64,000 nucleotides of DNA. Origin: Candidatus Marinacidobacterales bacterium (lineage in GTDB: Bacteria > Acidobacteriota > Vicinamibacteria > Marinacidobacterales > SMYC01). How positions within the stretch are numbered: position 1 is the first letter of the stretch; each line of letters starts with the position of its first letter. Positions 37,855-47,227 of this stretch are shown in pieces. Position numbers and translations under genes: made by a program. Under the pieces are notes generated by a model. The model had not been told where the DNA came from and ran no database searches. It saw only the letters and a program-made list of their open reading frames with translations. Location: the NCBI GenBank assembly GCA_965247365.1, contig CBDFHB010000001.1, positions 408,739 through 472,738 of the forward strand, read 5' to 3'.

Positions 37855-38304
37855 TCAGGAGGTCTCGATGGCGACGGGACCACTTCCTGGATGGTGCGGC
37901 GCGCTGAGCATATCGGCCATGGTGACGCTGCGCAGAAAGCCGACCATCTGAGTCTGAGCCTGATTCCAGACGTAGTGCATTTCGCAGCTATCGAGAATCG
38001 TGCAATCGTCGTGCTGCCCCTCGACACACTTGTTCAAGCGAAGCGGTCCCTCGACGGACTCGATGACGTCGAGAAAGGAGATGGCCTCGGGCGGGCGCGC
38101 AAGCGTGTAGCCACCATGCGCGCCCTGTTGGGATTTTACGACGCCGCGATTCGCCAGGAGGGGAAGGATCTGCGCGAGAAAGGCCTGTGGAATGTCCTTC
38201 GCTTTGGCGATCTCGCTCACCCGACCGTAGCGCTCGGGAGCGATGCGTGCGAGGTAGATGACTGCCCTCAGCGCGTAATCACTCTTGCGGGAAAGCTCCA
38301 GCAT
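37855..38304 (-). CDS. Rrf2-family transcriptional regulator (IscR/NsrR-like) with three Cys cluster ligands.
   Basis: MLELSRKSDYALRAVIYLA wHTH plus CVEGQHDDCTILDSC. Confidence 0.85.
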   Translation of the reverse strand: MLELSRKSDYALRAVIYLARIAPERYGRVSEIAKAKDIPQAFLAQILPLLANRGVVKSQQGAHGGYTLARPPEAISFLDVIESVEGPLRLNKCVEGQHDDCTILDSCEMHYVWNQAQTQMVGFLRSVTMADMLSAPHHPGSGPVAIETS

Positions 38305-38505
38305 TCAAGTGTCATCCTATGTAACCGAAATTATATCTCACGCGCTCGGGCCAGCCAATGAGACGAGCTTGCTTGTGCCGCCCGACCGGCTCGCTGCGGA
38401 AGGCGGCTCGAAATATCCATATATCACCACGTCGGCAGGCCTCGCCAGTCCGTAAAATGGCATCGAGCCTTATGCAACGAACCACTGATACAGGACGCTA
38501 GCGTC

Positions 38506-39144
38506 TTGAAGCTCATTATCTTCGATTTGGACGGGACGCTCGTCGACTCCGGGTTGGACATCGCCCTGTCCGTGAACGAGCTCTTGGAGGTCATGGAGCG
38601 CGAAACCTTGCCGCTTCCCCGTGTCGTGGGCTTCATCGGCGACGGCGTGCGGAAGCTTCTCGATCGTTCGCTGGGGGGCGTGAGCGACGACGAGCTCGAT
38701 CGGGCCCATGCGCTCTACCTCCCCATTTACCGACGACGGCTCCTCGAGCATACGAGGGCCTACCCCGGCGTACGCGAGACGCTATCCGCGCTCGCGGCGC
38801 AGCGAGTGCTCGCCGTGCTGACCAACAAGCCCATCCGCGAAAGCCGACTTCTTCTCAAGGGACTCGGCCTCGATCGTTTCTTTCGTGCCGTCTACGGAGG
38901 AGACTCGTTCAAGGCTCGGAAACCCGATCCGGTCGGCGCACTCGAGCTCATGCGAGAGCTGGACGCGGAAGCCGGAGAAACGTTGTTCGTCGGTGACTCG
39001 GCGGTGGACTTCGAGACGGCGCGCCGCGCCTCGGTTCGCTTCTGCCTCGTCACCTACGGCATTGGCACCACCGAAACCCTGAAATCGGAGCCAGATTTCC
39101 GGCTGGATAACTTGCGGGAGCTGCTATCCATCGTCCATGCTTAG
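38506..39144 (+). CDS. HAD-IA hydrolase (phosphoglycolate phosphatase-like).
   Basis: MKLIIFDLDGTLVDS motif I, VLTNKP, GDS..D. Confidence 0.8.
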   Translation: MKLIIFDLDGTLVDSGLDIALSVNELLEVMERETLPLPRVVGFIGDGVRKLLDRSLGGVSDDELDRAHALYLPIYRRRLLEHTRAYPGVRETLSALAAQRVLAVLTNKPIRESRLLLKGLGLDRFFRAVYGGDSFKARKPDPVGALELMRELDAEAGETLFVGDSAVDFETARRASVRFCLVTYGIGTTETLKSEPDFRLDNLRELLSIVHA

Positions 39145-39147
39145 AGT

Positions 39148-39819
39148 ATGAGCCTCGTGCCCATCTTTCCGCTCCCGGAGACGGTATTTTTTCCGACAGA
39201 GCTTCTGCCTCTCCATCTCTTCGAGCCCCGATATCGGCAGATGGCGGAGGATGCGATTAGAGGAGACAGACGGCTCGTCGTCGTCCTGCTGCGACCGGGC
39301 TGGGAGCAGGATTACTACGGCAACCCTCCGGTGCACGAGATAGCTACACTCGGTCACATCGACGAGGACGAGAAGCTCCCGGATGGCGGCTTCAACATCA
39401 CTCTCAGAGGTCTAGAGCGAGTCCGGCTCGTCGATCCCGAGAGCGCATCCACTGATGAGCGGGTCGAAGGCAAGCTCTATCGCGCGCGAGACACCTGCGC
39501 ACTACCGGAGGTCCTTCCACCGACCGAGGTGAACGTCCACCCCATGGCTTTTCGGCTTCGCGAGCTCGAATCCGAGCTCGCGGCAACGACCGGCAGGAAG
39601 ACGGCCGAACGCCGCGAGGCCGCCGACTTTCGTGGGCTCGTCAATACCATGGCCGCAACCAGTGACATCCCCGCCACGATGAAGCAAGGCCTCCTCGAAG
39701 AGGGCAATCTCCTGAAGCGCGCCTCGAAACTCGAATCCCTCCTCCTCGAGAATCTGAAATTCTGGCGTTTGCTCGCCCATTATCGCGAAAGCTCCCCAGA
39801 AGACCCCACGGTCAATTGA
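39148..39819 (+). CDS. Stand-alone Lon N-terminal (LON substrate-binding) domain protein.
   Basis: LPIFPLPETVFFPTELLPLHLFEPRYRQM, typical of a Lon N-domain. There is no AAA or protease domain. Confidence 0.75.
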   Translation: MSLVPIFPLPETVFFPTELLPLHLFEPRYRQMAEDAIRGDRRLVVVLLRPGWEQDYYGNPPVHEIATLGHIDEDEKLPDGGFNITLRGLERVRLVDPESASTDERVEGKLYRARDTCALPEVLPPTEVNVHPMAFRLRELESELAATTGRKTAERREAADFRGLVNTMAATSDIPATMKQGLLEEGNLLKRASKLESLLLENLKFWRLLAHYRESSPEDPTVN

Positions 39820-39903
39820 CGGATTAGCAAACCCATCCCCTCGGAGCTACTTTTGCACCATTGGGTTCCGAAATGCTAATCTCAGTTTGACTATCCTTTC
39901 CTA

Positions 39904-41163
39904 GTGGTAGATTCCGTGCCATCAATTCTAATCGTCGACGACGAAGAAACGGTTCGCGCGACCTTCGCCGACGTGCTCGCGGCAGAGGGTCACGAGGTCG
40001 TTACTGCTTCGAGCTTCAGCGAAGCGAGATCCCTACTCCGAGAGCAACGCTTCGATGTCGCCCTGACCGACCTGATGCTGCCGCAGGAGAGCGGACTCTC
40101 GCTGCTGCGTTTCTCATCGGAACAGGATCCCGAAATGAGCGTCGTGATGGTCACGGGGCATCCGGATCTATCTACTGCGGTCGAGGCGCTGAAGGAAGGC
40201 GCCTACGACTACATAGGAAAACCCGTAACCCGACAGGCACTGCTCGCGGTCGTTGAGCGCGCTTGTGAGCGTAAAGCACTGCTTCGAGAGAAGCGACGGC
40301 TGGAAGCGGAGAACGCGGATTATCAACGTTCGTTGGAATTCAAAGTCCGAGAGCGTACCGCTCGCCTCCGTGAGTCAGAGAAACGCTACCGGGAGCAGTT
40401 TCAGGAAACGCGACGCGCCTACGAGGAGCTGAAGCACACCCAGGAGAAGCTCATTCGATCGGAAAGACTCGCAGCCGTGGGTGAGCTCGCAGCGCAGATC
40501 GCACACGAGATCCGGAATCCTCTGGGGGCCATCTCGAACTCCGTCGGTGTGCTCCGCCGCGATTTGGAGCTTCACGGAGACGATCGGCGCCTGCTCGACG
40601 TGGTGCATCAGGAATCACAGCGCCTCGAGAGCATTGTCGCGGATTTCCTCAGGTTCGCTCGCCCTCGTCCCATCCACAAGACTCCCCAGGAGGTAACGGC
40701 TGTCCTCGACGATCTGCTGCTCTTGATCTCGCAAGAGAAAGCCGTCGGACGGCCGATCCGTATCGTCAAGGAATATGAGGACGAGCTTCCGCCCGTGGGC
40801 CTGGATGCCGCGCAATCCCGGGAGGCGCTCTGGAACTTGCTCGTCAATGCCGTCGAAGCCATGCCGTCCGGCGGTGAGCTCCGGGTTATCGTGCAACGCT
40901 CCTCGCCGGGCGACGATTTTGTCGAGGTCGTGGTAAGAGACACCGGTAAGGGCATTGCACCCAGCGAGCGCGAAAAGATCTTTCAACCGTTCCATACGAC
41001 CAAAGCTGACGGCACCGGCCTCGGCCTCGCGATCGTACAACGCGTCGTGGAGGCTCATGCCGGCGAAGTCGAAGTCGAAAGCGAGGAGGGAGCCGGCAGC
41101 GCCTTCCGCCTCAGATTTCCTGTGAGCTCCGATGAGCGCCAACCAATCGAGACCCATCGCTGA
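39904..41163 (+). CDS. Hybrid signalling protein with an N-terminal receiver (REC) domain followed by HisKA-HATPase histidine kinase domains.
   Basis: ILIVDDEETVRATF...DVALTDLMLPQESG...VMVTGHPD; H-box AHEIRNPL; HATPase VRDTGKGIAPSEREKIFQPF...GTGLGLAIV. Confidence 0.85.
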   Translation: MVDSVPSILIVDDEETVRATFADVLAAEGHEVVTASSFSEARSLLREQRFDVALTDLMLPQESGLSLLRFSSEQDPEMSVVMVTGHPDLSTAVEALKEGAYDYIGKPVTRQALLAVVERACERKALLREKRRLEAENADYQRSLEFKVRERTARLRESEKRYREQFQETRRAYEELKHTQEKLIRSERLAAVGELAAQIAHEIRNPLGAISNSVGVLRRDLELHGDDRRLLDVVHQESQRLESIVADFLRFARPRPIHKTPQEVTAVLDDLLLLISQEKAVGRPIRIVKEYEDELPPVGLDAAQSREALWNLLVNAVEAMPSGGELRVIVQRSSPGDDFVEVVVRDTGKGIAPSEREKIFQPFHTTKADGTGLGLAIVQRVVEAHAGEVEVESEEGAGSAFRLRFPVSSDERQPIETHR

Positions 41164-42541
41164 AGAAGAAACGGAGATCGCTCCGGGCGTGTCGGTTCTG
41201 GTCGTCGACGACCAGGCCCCGATCCGGGAGTCGATGGTCATTACCTTCCGACGCGAGGGCTACGACGTTCAGTCCGCGAAGTCCGGCGAAGAGGCGATCG
41301 ATCTCCTCTTCAACCATCCCTTCGACCTGGTCGTGACGGACCTTCGACTCGGCGGAATCAGCGGAATCGAGGTCTTGAAGCGCGCGAAAGAGCTCTTCCC
41401 GGACACAGAGGTCGTCGTCATGACCGCCTATGGGACCATCGAAGGCGCAGTCGAGGCGATCAAGTCGGGGGCCTACGACTATCTGACCAAGCCCTTCCAG
41501 CCGCAAGAGCTCACGCTAGTGGCCCAGCGCGCCCTCGAGCGCAAGGGCTTGACGCAGAGGGTTCGATTGCTCGAGCAAGCGGTGAGGGACCAGGATCCCT
41601 TCGCCGACATCATCTCGGCATCACCAGTGATCGACGAAGTGCTCAAGATGGTCGACCAGGTCGCCCGACTCGACTCGACGGTTCTCATCACGGGTGAGAG
41701 CGGCACCGGCAAGGAACTGGTGGCAAGGGCACTGCACGCTCTTTCTCCACGAAAGGACAAACCTCTCGTCATCGTCAACTGCGGCGCAATTCCCGAGAAT
41801 CTCCAGGAGAGCGAGCTCTTCGGTCATTCGAAGGGCGCCTTTACGGGTGCGCACGCCGACAAGCGAGGTTTGTTCGACGAGGCACATGGTGGCACGGCTT
41901 TTCTGGACGAGGTTGGTGAGCTCACTCCGATGGCGCAGGTGAAGATGTTGCGCTTTCTCCAGGACGGAGAAGTCCGTAGGGTGGGGACGACGGCGAGCCG
42001 CAACCTCGACGTGCGAATCATTGCTGCGACGAATCGAAATCTCCACAAGGAGGTCGAGGGCGGCGCGTTTCGAGAAGACCTGTTCTATCGCCTCAACGTG
42101 ATCCCCATCGAGCTGCCTCCGCTCCGCGACCGACGGGAGGACATTCCCGCCTTGGCTCTGCACTTCATGAGGCGCATCGCTGAACGAATGGACATTCGGA
42201 ATCCACCTCCCATCTCTCCGCGAGCGATGGATCTGCTGCTCAAACAGCCCTGGCGTGGCAACGTCCGAGAGCTGGAGAACATCATGGAGCGGGCGTCAGC
42301 GCTCGATCGAGACGGCATTATCGGTATGGACGATCTCCCTTTCGGCGACTCGCACCGCAACGAAGACCGCATCATCGATCGCGCCCGAACAAGCGCTCTC
42401 ACGCTCGCGGAAATCGAGAAGGAGTACATCCTCGAAGTGCTGGCAGAGTGCGGCGGAAGCCGCAAGAACACTGCGAAACGCCTCGGAATCACGACGGCGA
42501 CGCTGTGGCGCAAGCTCAAGCTCTACGAGAAAGAAAGCTGA
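41132..42541 (+). CDS. Sigma-54-dependent response regulator (REC, AAA+ and Fis-type HTH; NtrC/AtoC family).
   Basis: VLVVDDQAPIRE...DLVVTDLRLGG; ITGESGTGKELVARALH; ESELFGHSKGAFTGA; C-terminal HTH. It overlaps the kinase gene by 32 nt. Confidence 0.9.
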   Translation: MSANQSRPIAEEETEIAPGVSVLVVDDQAPIRESMVITFRREGYDVQSAKSGEEAIDLLFNHPFDLVVTDLRLGGISGIEVLKRAKELFPDTEVVVMTAYGTIEGAVEAIKSGAYDYLTKPFQPQELTLVAQRALERKGLTQRVRLLEQAVRDQDPFADIISASPVIDEVLKMVDQVARLDSTVLITGESGTGKELVARALHALSPRKDKPLVIVNCGAIPENLQESELFGHSKGAFTGAHADKRGLFDEAHGGTAFLDEVGELTPMAQVKMLRFLQDGEVRRVGTTASRNLDVRIIAATNRNLHKEVEGGAFREDLFYRLNVIPIELPPLRDRREDIPALALHFMRRIAERMDIRNPPPISPRAMDLLLKQPWRGNVRELENIMERASALDRDGIIGMDDLPFGDSHRNEDRIIDRARTSALTLAEIEKEYILEVLAECGGSRKNTAKRLGITTATLWRKLKLYEKES

Positions 42542-42597
42542 GCTTCTTTCGGACAGCGGTCGGCGGAAGTTAGTCCTCGGGGATACTCGCGCCGGGA

Positions 42598-44046
42598 TCA
42601 ATCGCGCGGGCCTGCTCGAAGGTTTTGCTCGCCCTTAGATGAAGCCCCGCCTCCCGATAGAGCATCCCGAGCTCGATCAGATAGTCGGATTTCCACGGGT
42701 CCAGATTGGCCGCGATCTTGAGATTCTTCTCCGCGTCCTGGCGCCACTTTGGATTCTTCCTGAGCGCGAGGCCGAGAAAGTGATAGAGCTCGGCTCGATC
42801 CGGCGCCAGATCGATCGCCTGTTGGGTAAGCTGAATGGCCTGCCAAAAGTCTGACCGGTCGTGGGCCTCCCTGTGCGCGCCGGTACAGATCCTTGGCGGC
42901 GCCGAGGTCGCCCCGCTTGGTTGCCTGAGTGTCGTCCTTCGAGGGCTTCGAGGGAATGGAGCTTCGCTGACCCTCCTCGTATTGGGTCTCCTTGTCAGCC
43001 AGCGCTCGATAGCTCTGCGAGCTTTTCTCGGAAGACAAGGTCTCGAAAGCCTCGTTGATTCGACGAAAAACGAAGGAGAGCTTTTCCTGAAACTCGGGGT
43101 CGGTGTTGCGTCTGAAGCGGTCCGGATGAAACCGTTTGGCGCCGCGATGGAACGCCTTTTTGGCCTCCGCCGTGGAGGCTCCTCGCTGGATCTCCAACAC
43201 CTGCCAATGGTCTCGAAACTGAAACTCTTGATACAGCCTTTCCACCTCGGCATGCTCGCGGTCGCGCTCGTCCTCCGCCGAGACGCTCGAAGCGGTCGCT
43301 TGGAGAGCCTTTTGTGCCTTCTCCTCCGGGTCGTCTCCGGTGCCTTCTTCTCCCTCGGGCTCGATGACTCCGGCCGCAAGCAAACCGTGGAGTGTCCGCG
43401 CCGTCTGCTCTTCGGACAGGGGGCTGACGGAGAAGATGTCGTTCGCTGTCTGCGTACCGTCGATCCGTGACAGCACGAAGGCCTCTTCCGGCTTCAGGTT
43501 GACGTCCTGAAATCGCTTCAGCGGATCTTTCGGGAAGCCCAGTTTGGAGTCGTCGTTCCGGAGACGGGCGAGAATCTTATCCACCTTCGGGGTGCGGCGC
43601 GCCGCCTCCATTAGGATGTCGGCAACGGAAAGCGGCGCTTCGACGGAAGCATCGACGCTACTCAGTGGAGAGAAGGCGAGCCGCTTTGGTGGGCTAATGA
43701 GCTGCGTGCAGGTGACGTCGAGAAGCTGCAGCCGGACGAATGCCTCGATCTCCTCGTCACCGATGACGTTCAGCTCAGCGAGAATCTCGCCGAGCCTCCA
43801 GCCGCTCTTGATGAAGTGCGATGCGTCGGCGAACTCCTGCTTGGTGATACGACCGTGCCGCATCATCACTTCGCCGAGACGGTCCTCGTTCCGACTCGAC
43901 TGAGCACCTACGACGAACCCCGAGCGGAAATAGACCGCTCGCTGGGTCGAGCCCGCCTCGCCGGTCAGGACGCCGGTCCGCTTGCCGAAGAAGAGTTTTT
44001 TGAAAGTCTCAGTGACTTGCTGGTTCATAGGGCGACACCCCAGCAA
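42598..44046 (-). CDS. J-domain (DnaJ-like) protein with an N-terminal DUF4388-like domain. Its C-terminus is frameshifted: the authentic TPR-like C-terminus continues in another frame to 42570.
   Basis: J-domain HWQVLEIQRGASTAEAKKAFHRGAKRFHPDR with an HPD motif. The called frame ends in Ser/Gly/Arg low-complexity sequence. The overlapping ORF 42570-43379 gives TPR-like sequence QAIDLAPDRAELYHFLGLAL...LDPWKSDYLIELGMLY. Confidence 0.75.
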   Translation of the reverse strand: MLGCRPMNQQVTETFKKLFFGKRTGVLTGEAGSTQRAVYFRSGFVVGAQSSRNEDRLGEVMMRHGRITKQEFADASHFIKSGWRLGEILAELNVIGDEEIEAFVRLQLLDVTCTQLISPPKRLAFSPLSSVDASVEAPLSVADILMEAARRTPKVDKILARLRNDDSKLGFPKDPLKRFQDVNLKPEEAFVLSRIDGTQTANDIFSVSPLSEEQTARTLHGLLAAGVIEPEGEEGTGDDPEEKAQKALQATASSVSAEDERDREHAEVERLYQEFQFRDHWQVLEIQRGASTAEAKKAFHRGAKRFHPDRFRRNTDPEFQEKLSFVFRRINEAFETLSSEKSSQSYRALADKETQYEEGQRSSIPSKPSKDDTQATKRGDLGAAKDLYRRAQGGPRPVRLLAGHSAYPTGDRSGAGSSRALSLSRPRAQEESKVAPGRGEESQDRGQSGPVEIRLSDRARDALSGGGASSKGEQNLRAGPRD

Positions 44047-44420
44047 GGTCCTCTAGGGAGCGAAGCTCCGGTCCGTATATTGTCAATCAGGGTTTGCTAA
44101 GTGAGATTCTATCAAATCGGGCGCGAAAATGGTCGAAGCGCATGACGCTCGCACCTATGCGGGGAGCGCCCAGGGGCTCGAATCCCAAGGTGTCTGATAG
44201 CGAAGGACACGAGCCCGCGAGGCCGAAACATTTCAACATTAAATGCGGCGCCCCCAATTATGGATTTCGATATTAAACGTTCGCGCTTCCAGGGCCGAGG
44301 TGGAAAATACATAAACGGCCCACAAGCAATAGCTTACGAATATTACCTGCAAGTGGCACGGGCCTTGCTTTTGGTGTTGTCCGAGAACGCATTGGCGTCG
44401 CTCCCCAATCTCGGCGCCAA

Positions 44421-44466
44421 CCCCGGGAGGTGCCCCCCGCACCGCCTCCCGGGGTTAATTTTTTTT
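44421..44466 (+). terminator. Rho-independent terminator oriented for the plus strand: a perfect 10-bp GC stem and then a T-rich tail.
   Basis: CCCCGGGAGG-(14 nt)-CCTCCCGGGG ttaatttttttt. It abuts the clpB stop (44465-44467), but it is an A-tract followed by the hairpin as seen from the minus strand. Confidence 0.5.
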
Positions 44467-47080
44467 AGCTGGCCGCCGCGAAGACTGGGTCCCCGCTTTG
44501 AAACGTCAAGGCGGAATCCTCCACGCCGACGACCAATCTCTTGCCCTCTTGAATCTCGCCCGCGAGAAGCCGCCGTGCAACTTCGCTCTCGAGCGCTTTC
44601 TGGATCGTTCGCTTGATGGGTCTCGCTCCATAGACCGGGTCGTAGCCCGCATCCGCGATGAACGCCTTGGCTTCGTCGGTAACCTCGAGCTCGATCCGCC
44701 GGGAAGCCAGCCGCGCTGCAAGCCTCCGAAGCTGAAAGTCTACGATTGCGACAATCTGGTTCTTGTCCAACGAATGGAACACGACGACCTCGTCGACACG
44801 GTTGAGAAACTCGGGCCGAAAATGATGTCTCATCAATTCGAGCACTTGCTGGCTCATGGCTTCGTAGTCTTCGGACCCCGCTCCGCCTTGGAACGCCAGA
44901 ATCTCGGAGCTTCCGATGTTGGACGTCATGATGAGCACCGTATTCCGAAAGTCGATGGTCCGCCCGTGGGAGTCCGTCAGCCGTCCCTCGTCCAGGATTT
45001 GAAGCAATAGGTTGAAGACGTCGGGATGAGCCTTCTCGATCTCGTCGAATAGCACGACGGAGAACGGCCGACGCCGCACCGTCTCGGTGAGCTGACCGCC
45101 CTCTTCGTAACCGACGTAGCCCGGAGGCGCGCCGATGAGACGCGCGACGGCGTGCTTCTCCATGTACTCGCTCATGTCGATCCGCACGAGCGCCTTCTCG
45201 TCGTTGAAAAGATACTCCGCGAGTGTGCGCGCGAGCTCGGTCTTGCCGACGCCGGTCGGACCGAGAAAGATGAAGCTTCCGATGGGTCGGTCCGGATCTT
45301 GGATGCCGGCGCGAGCCCTGACGACTGCGTCCGCGACTGCGTCCACGGCCTCGTCCTGGCCCACGACCCTGTCGTGCAGGTGCTCTCCGAGGTGGAGTAG
45401 CTTCTCGACTTCGCCTCCGAGAAGCTTCGACAGGGGAATTCCGGTCCACCGCGCGACTACTTGAGCAATATCTTCGTCGTCGACTTCCTCTTTCAGCAAC
45501 ATGCTCTTCTTCTCGGCAAGCTCCTGTTCGGATTTTTCGAGCTTCTTGGTGAGCTCGTTCAGGCGCCCGTAGCGCAGCTCGGCCACCTTATCGAGCTCGT
45601 AGGTCCTTTCCCTCTTCTCGATCTCCTGTTTGGTGGACTCGATCTCTTCGCGTAGTTTGCGGACGGAAGAGAGGAGTTCTTTTTCCTCCTTCCATTGCGC
45701 CCGGACTACGTCGGCGAGCCCCTGATGGTCGACGAGCTGACGCTCGATCTCCTTCAAACGCTCCTTCGAAGCTCTGTCCTTTTCCTTCTTCAGCGCCTGG
45801 CGCTCGATCTCGAGCTGCATGAGACGGCGATCCACTTCATCGAGCTCGGTGGGAACGCTGTCGATCTCGGTGCGCAGTCGGGCCGCGGCCTCGTCCACGA
45901 GATCGATGGCCTTGTCGGGCATGAAACGATCGGAAATGTAGCGATTGGACAAGGTGGCCGCGGCCACGAGGGCGGCATCCTTGATACGAACCCCGTGGTG
46001 CACCTCGTAACGCTCGTTGAGGCCGCGAAGAATGGAAATCGTATCCTCCACGGAAGGCTCAGAGACGAGGATGGTCTGAAATCTGCGTTCTAGAGCGGCG
46101 TCCTTTTCGATGTATTTTCGGTATTCGTCGAGCGTCGTGGCTCCGATACAGTGGAGCTCGCCTCGTGCCAGCATCGGTTTGAGGAGGTTGCCGGCGTCCA
46201 TCGCGCCTTCGACTTTCCCGGCCCCAACGACGTTGTGGAGCTCGTCGATGAAGAGAACGACCCGACCCTCGGATTCCTGAACTGCTTTCAAGACGGCCTT
46301 CAGCCGCTCCTCGAACTCGCCACGATATTTAGCCCCCGCGATGAGCGCTCCCATATCGAGCGTCACGACGCGCTTGTCTTTGAGACCCTCGGGGACGTCG
46401 CCGCGAACGATGCGCTGTGCGAGCCCCTCCGCGATCGCCGTCTTTCCGACTCCAGGCTCACCGATGAGAACGGGGTTGTTCTTCGTTCGGCGGGAGAGAA
46501 TCTGGATCACACGACGGATCTCGTCGTCTCGGCCGATGACCGGATCGAGCTTGCCCTGAGTGGCGAGTTCCGTGAGATCTCGACCGTATTGGGTAAGCGG
46601 CTCGTAGGTCGCCTCGGGGTTCGGAGACGTAACCCGTTGGGAGCCGCGGACGTCTTTCAACACGCCGAGCACCGCCTCACGCGTGATGCCTCGGTCCTTC
46701 AGAAGCCTTCCGGAGAAACCCGAGTCGTCGGCAAGGGCGAGAAGAAAGTGCTCCACGCTGACGAAATCATCCTTGAGCTTGCCCGCGTCCTGGTCGGCCG
46801 CGTCCAGGAGTCGGCGCAACTGCTGCGAGAAGTACATCGGGCCCGCGCCCGGTCCCTGTACTGAGGGCAGGCGCTCGAGCTCCGTCTGGACGCGTGAGCC
46901 CAGTTCGCCCGCATCAGCGGCCAGCCGAGACAACACCTTGTTCGTCACGCCCTCGCCCTGCGACAGCAGGGCCAGGAAAAGGTGCTCAACATCCATCTGC
47001 TGATGTCCGTGACGCGTGGCTATGGCTTGAGCCTCACCCACGGCCGCCTGTGACTTTTCCGTCAGTCGATTGAAATCCAT
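44465..47080 (-). CDS. clpB: ClpB disaggregase (Hsp104/ClpB AAA+ chaperone).
   Basis: Clp_N repeats, two AAA+ modules ([15 protein letters not shown]; [12 protein letters not shown]), and the coiled-coil M-domain. Confidence 0.95.
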   Translation of the reverse strand: MDFNRLTEKSQAAVGEAQAIATRHGHQQMDVEHLFLALLSQGEGVTNKVLSRLAADAGELGSRVQTELERLPSVQGPGAGPMYFSQQLRRLLDAADQDAGKLKDDFVSVEHFLLALADDSGFSGRLLKDRGITREAVLGVLKDVRGSQRVTSPNPEATYEPLTQYGRDLTELATQGKLDPVIGRDDEIRRVIQILSRRTKNNPVLIGEPGVGKTAIAEGLAQRIVRGDVPEGLKDKRVVTLDMGALIAGAKYRGEFEERLKAVLKAVQESEGRVVLFIDELHNVVGAGKVEGAMDAGNLLKPMLARGELHCIGATTLDEYRKYIEKDAALERRFQTILVSEPSVEDTISILRGLNERYEVHHGVRIKDAALVAAATLSNRYISDRFMPDKAIDLVDEAAARLRTEIDSVPTELDEVDRRLMQLEIERQALKKEKDRASKERLKEIERQLVDHQGLADVVRAQWKEEKELLSSVRKLREEIESTKQEIEKRERTYELDKVAELRYGRLNELTKKLEKSEQELAEKKSMLLKEEVDDEDIAQVVARWTGIPLSKLLGGEVEKLLHLGEHLHDRVVGQDEAVDAVADAVVRARAGIQDPDRPIGSFIFLGPTGVGKTELARTLAEYLFNDEKALVRIDMSEYMEKHAVARLIGAPPGYVGYEEGGQLTETVRRRPFSVVLFDEIEKAHPDVFNLLLQILDEGRLTDSHGRTIDFRNTVLIMTSNIGSSEILAFQGGAGSEDYEAMSQQVLELMRHHFRPEFLNRVDEVVVFHSLDKNQIVAIVDFQLRRLAARLASRRIELEVTDEAKAFIADAGYDPVYGARPIKRTIQKALESEVARRLLAGEIQEGKRLVVGVEDSALTFQSGDPVFAAAS

Positions 47081-47163
47081 TCGAATCCTCCCTGTGACAG
47101 AGAAATCTTATAATAGTACAATCATAATATCAATATATATGTGTATTATAAACTAATATTATA

Positions 47164-47192
47164 TTGACTTTTATGAGTGTATATCTTATACT
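47164..47192 (+). promoter_or_regulatory. Candidate sigma-70 promoter for dnaK (TTGACT-N17-TATACT) in the AT-rich divergent clpB/dnaK region, overlapped by an imperfect inverted repeat.
   Basis: -35 at 47164-47169 and -10 at 47187-47192. The inverted repeat GAGTGTATA-tct-TATACTCTC lies at 47175-47195. RBS GGAGG lies 9 nt before the ATG at 47228. Confidence 0.4.
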
Positions 47193-47227
47193 CTCCTCTA
47201 AGAGCTTTGATGGAGGAGCAAGAGACT

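Noticed and set aside
44047-44464. Possible tmRNA or tRNA in the clpB / J-domain gene spacer (T-loop-like GGCTCGAATCC at about 44170 and ORF-like frames).
   Set aside because: I could not build an acceptor stem or T-arm pairing around the TTCGAAT-like segment on either strand. No resume codon, tag peptide or stop pattern of tmRNA was found. Only the terminator and a possible sRNA are retained.
44260-44616. Plus-strand 118-aa ORF (MDFDIKRSRF...).
   Set aside because: It reads straight through the strong terminator hairpin and then antisense into clpB, which makes it implausible as a gene.
47081-47227. CIRCE or HAIR heat-shock operators upstream of dnaK and clpB.
   Set aside because: There is no match to TTAGCACTC-N9-GAGTGCTAA, and the TGAGT...ACTC halves are 11 nt apart rather than HAIR's 7. 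I report it as an unclassified inverted repeat instead.
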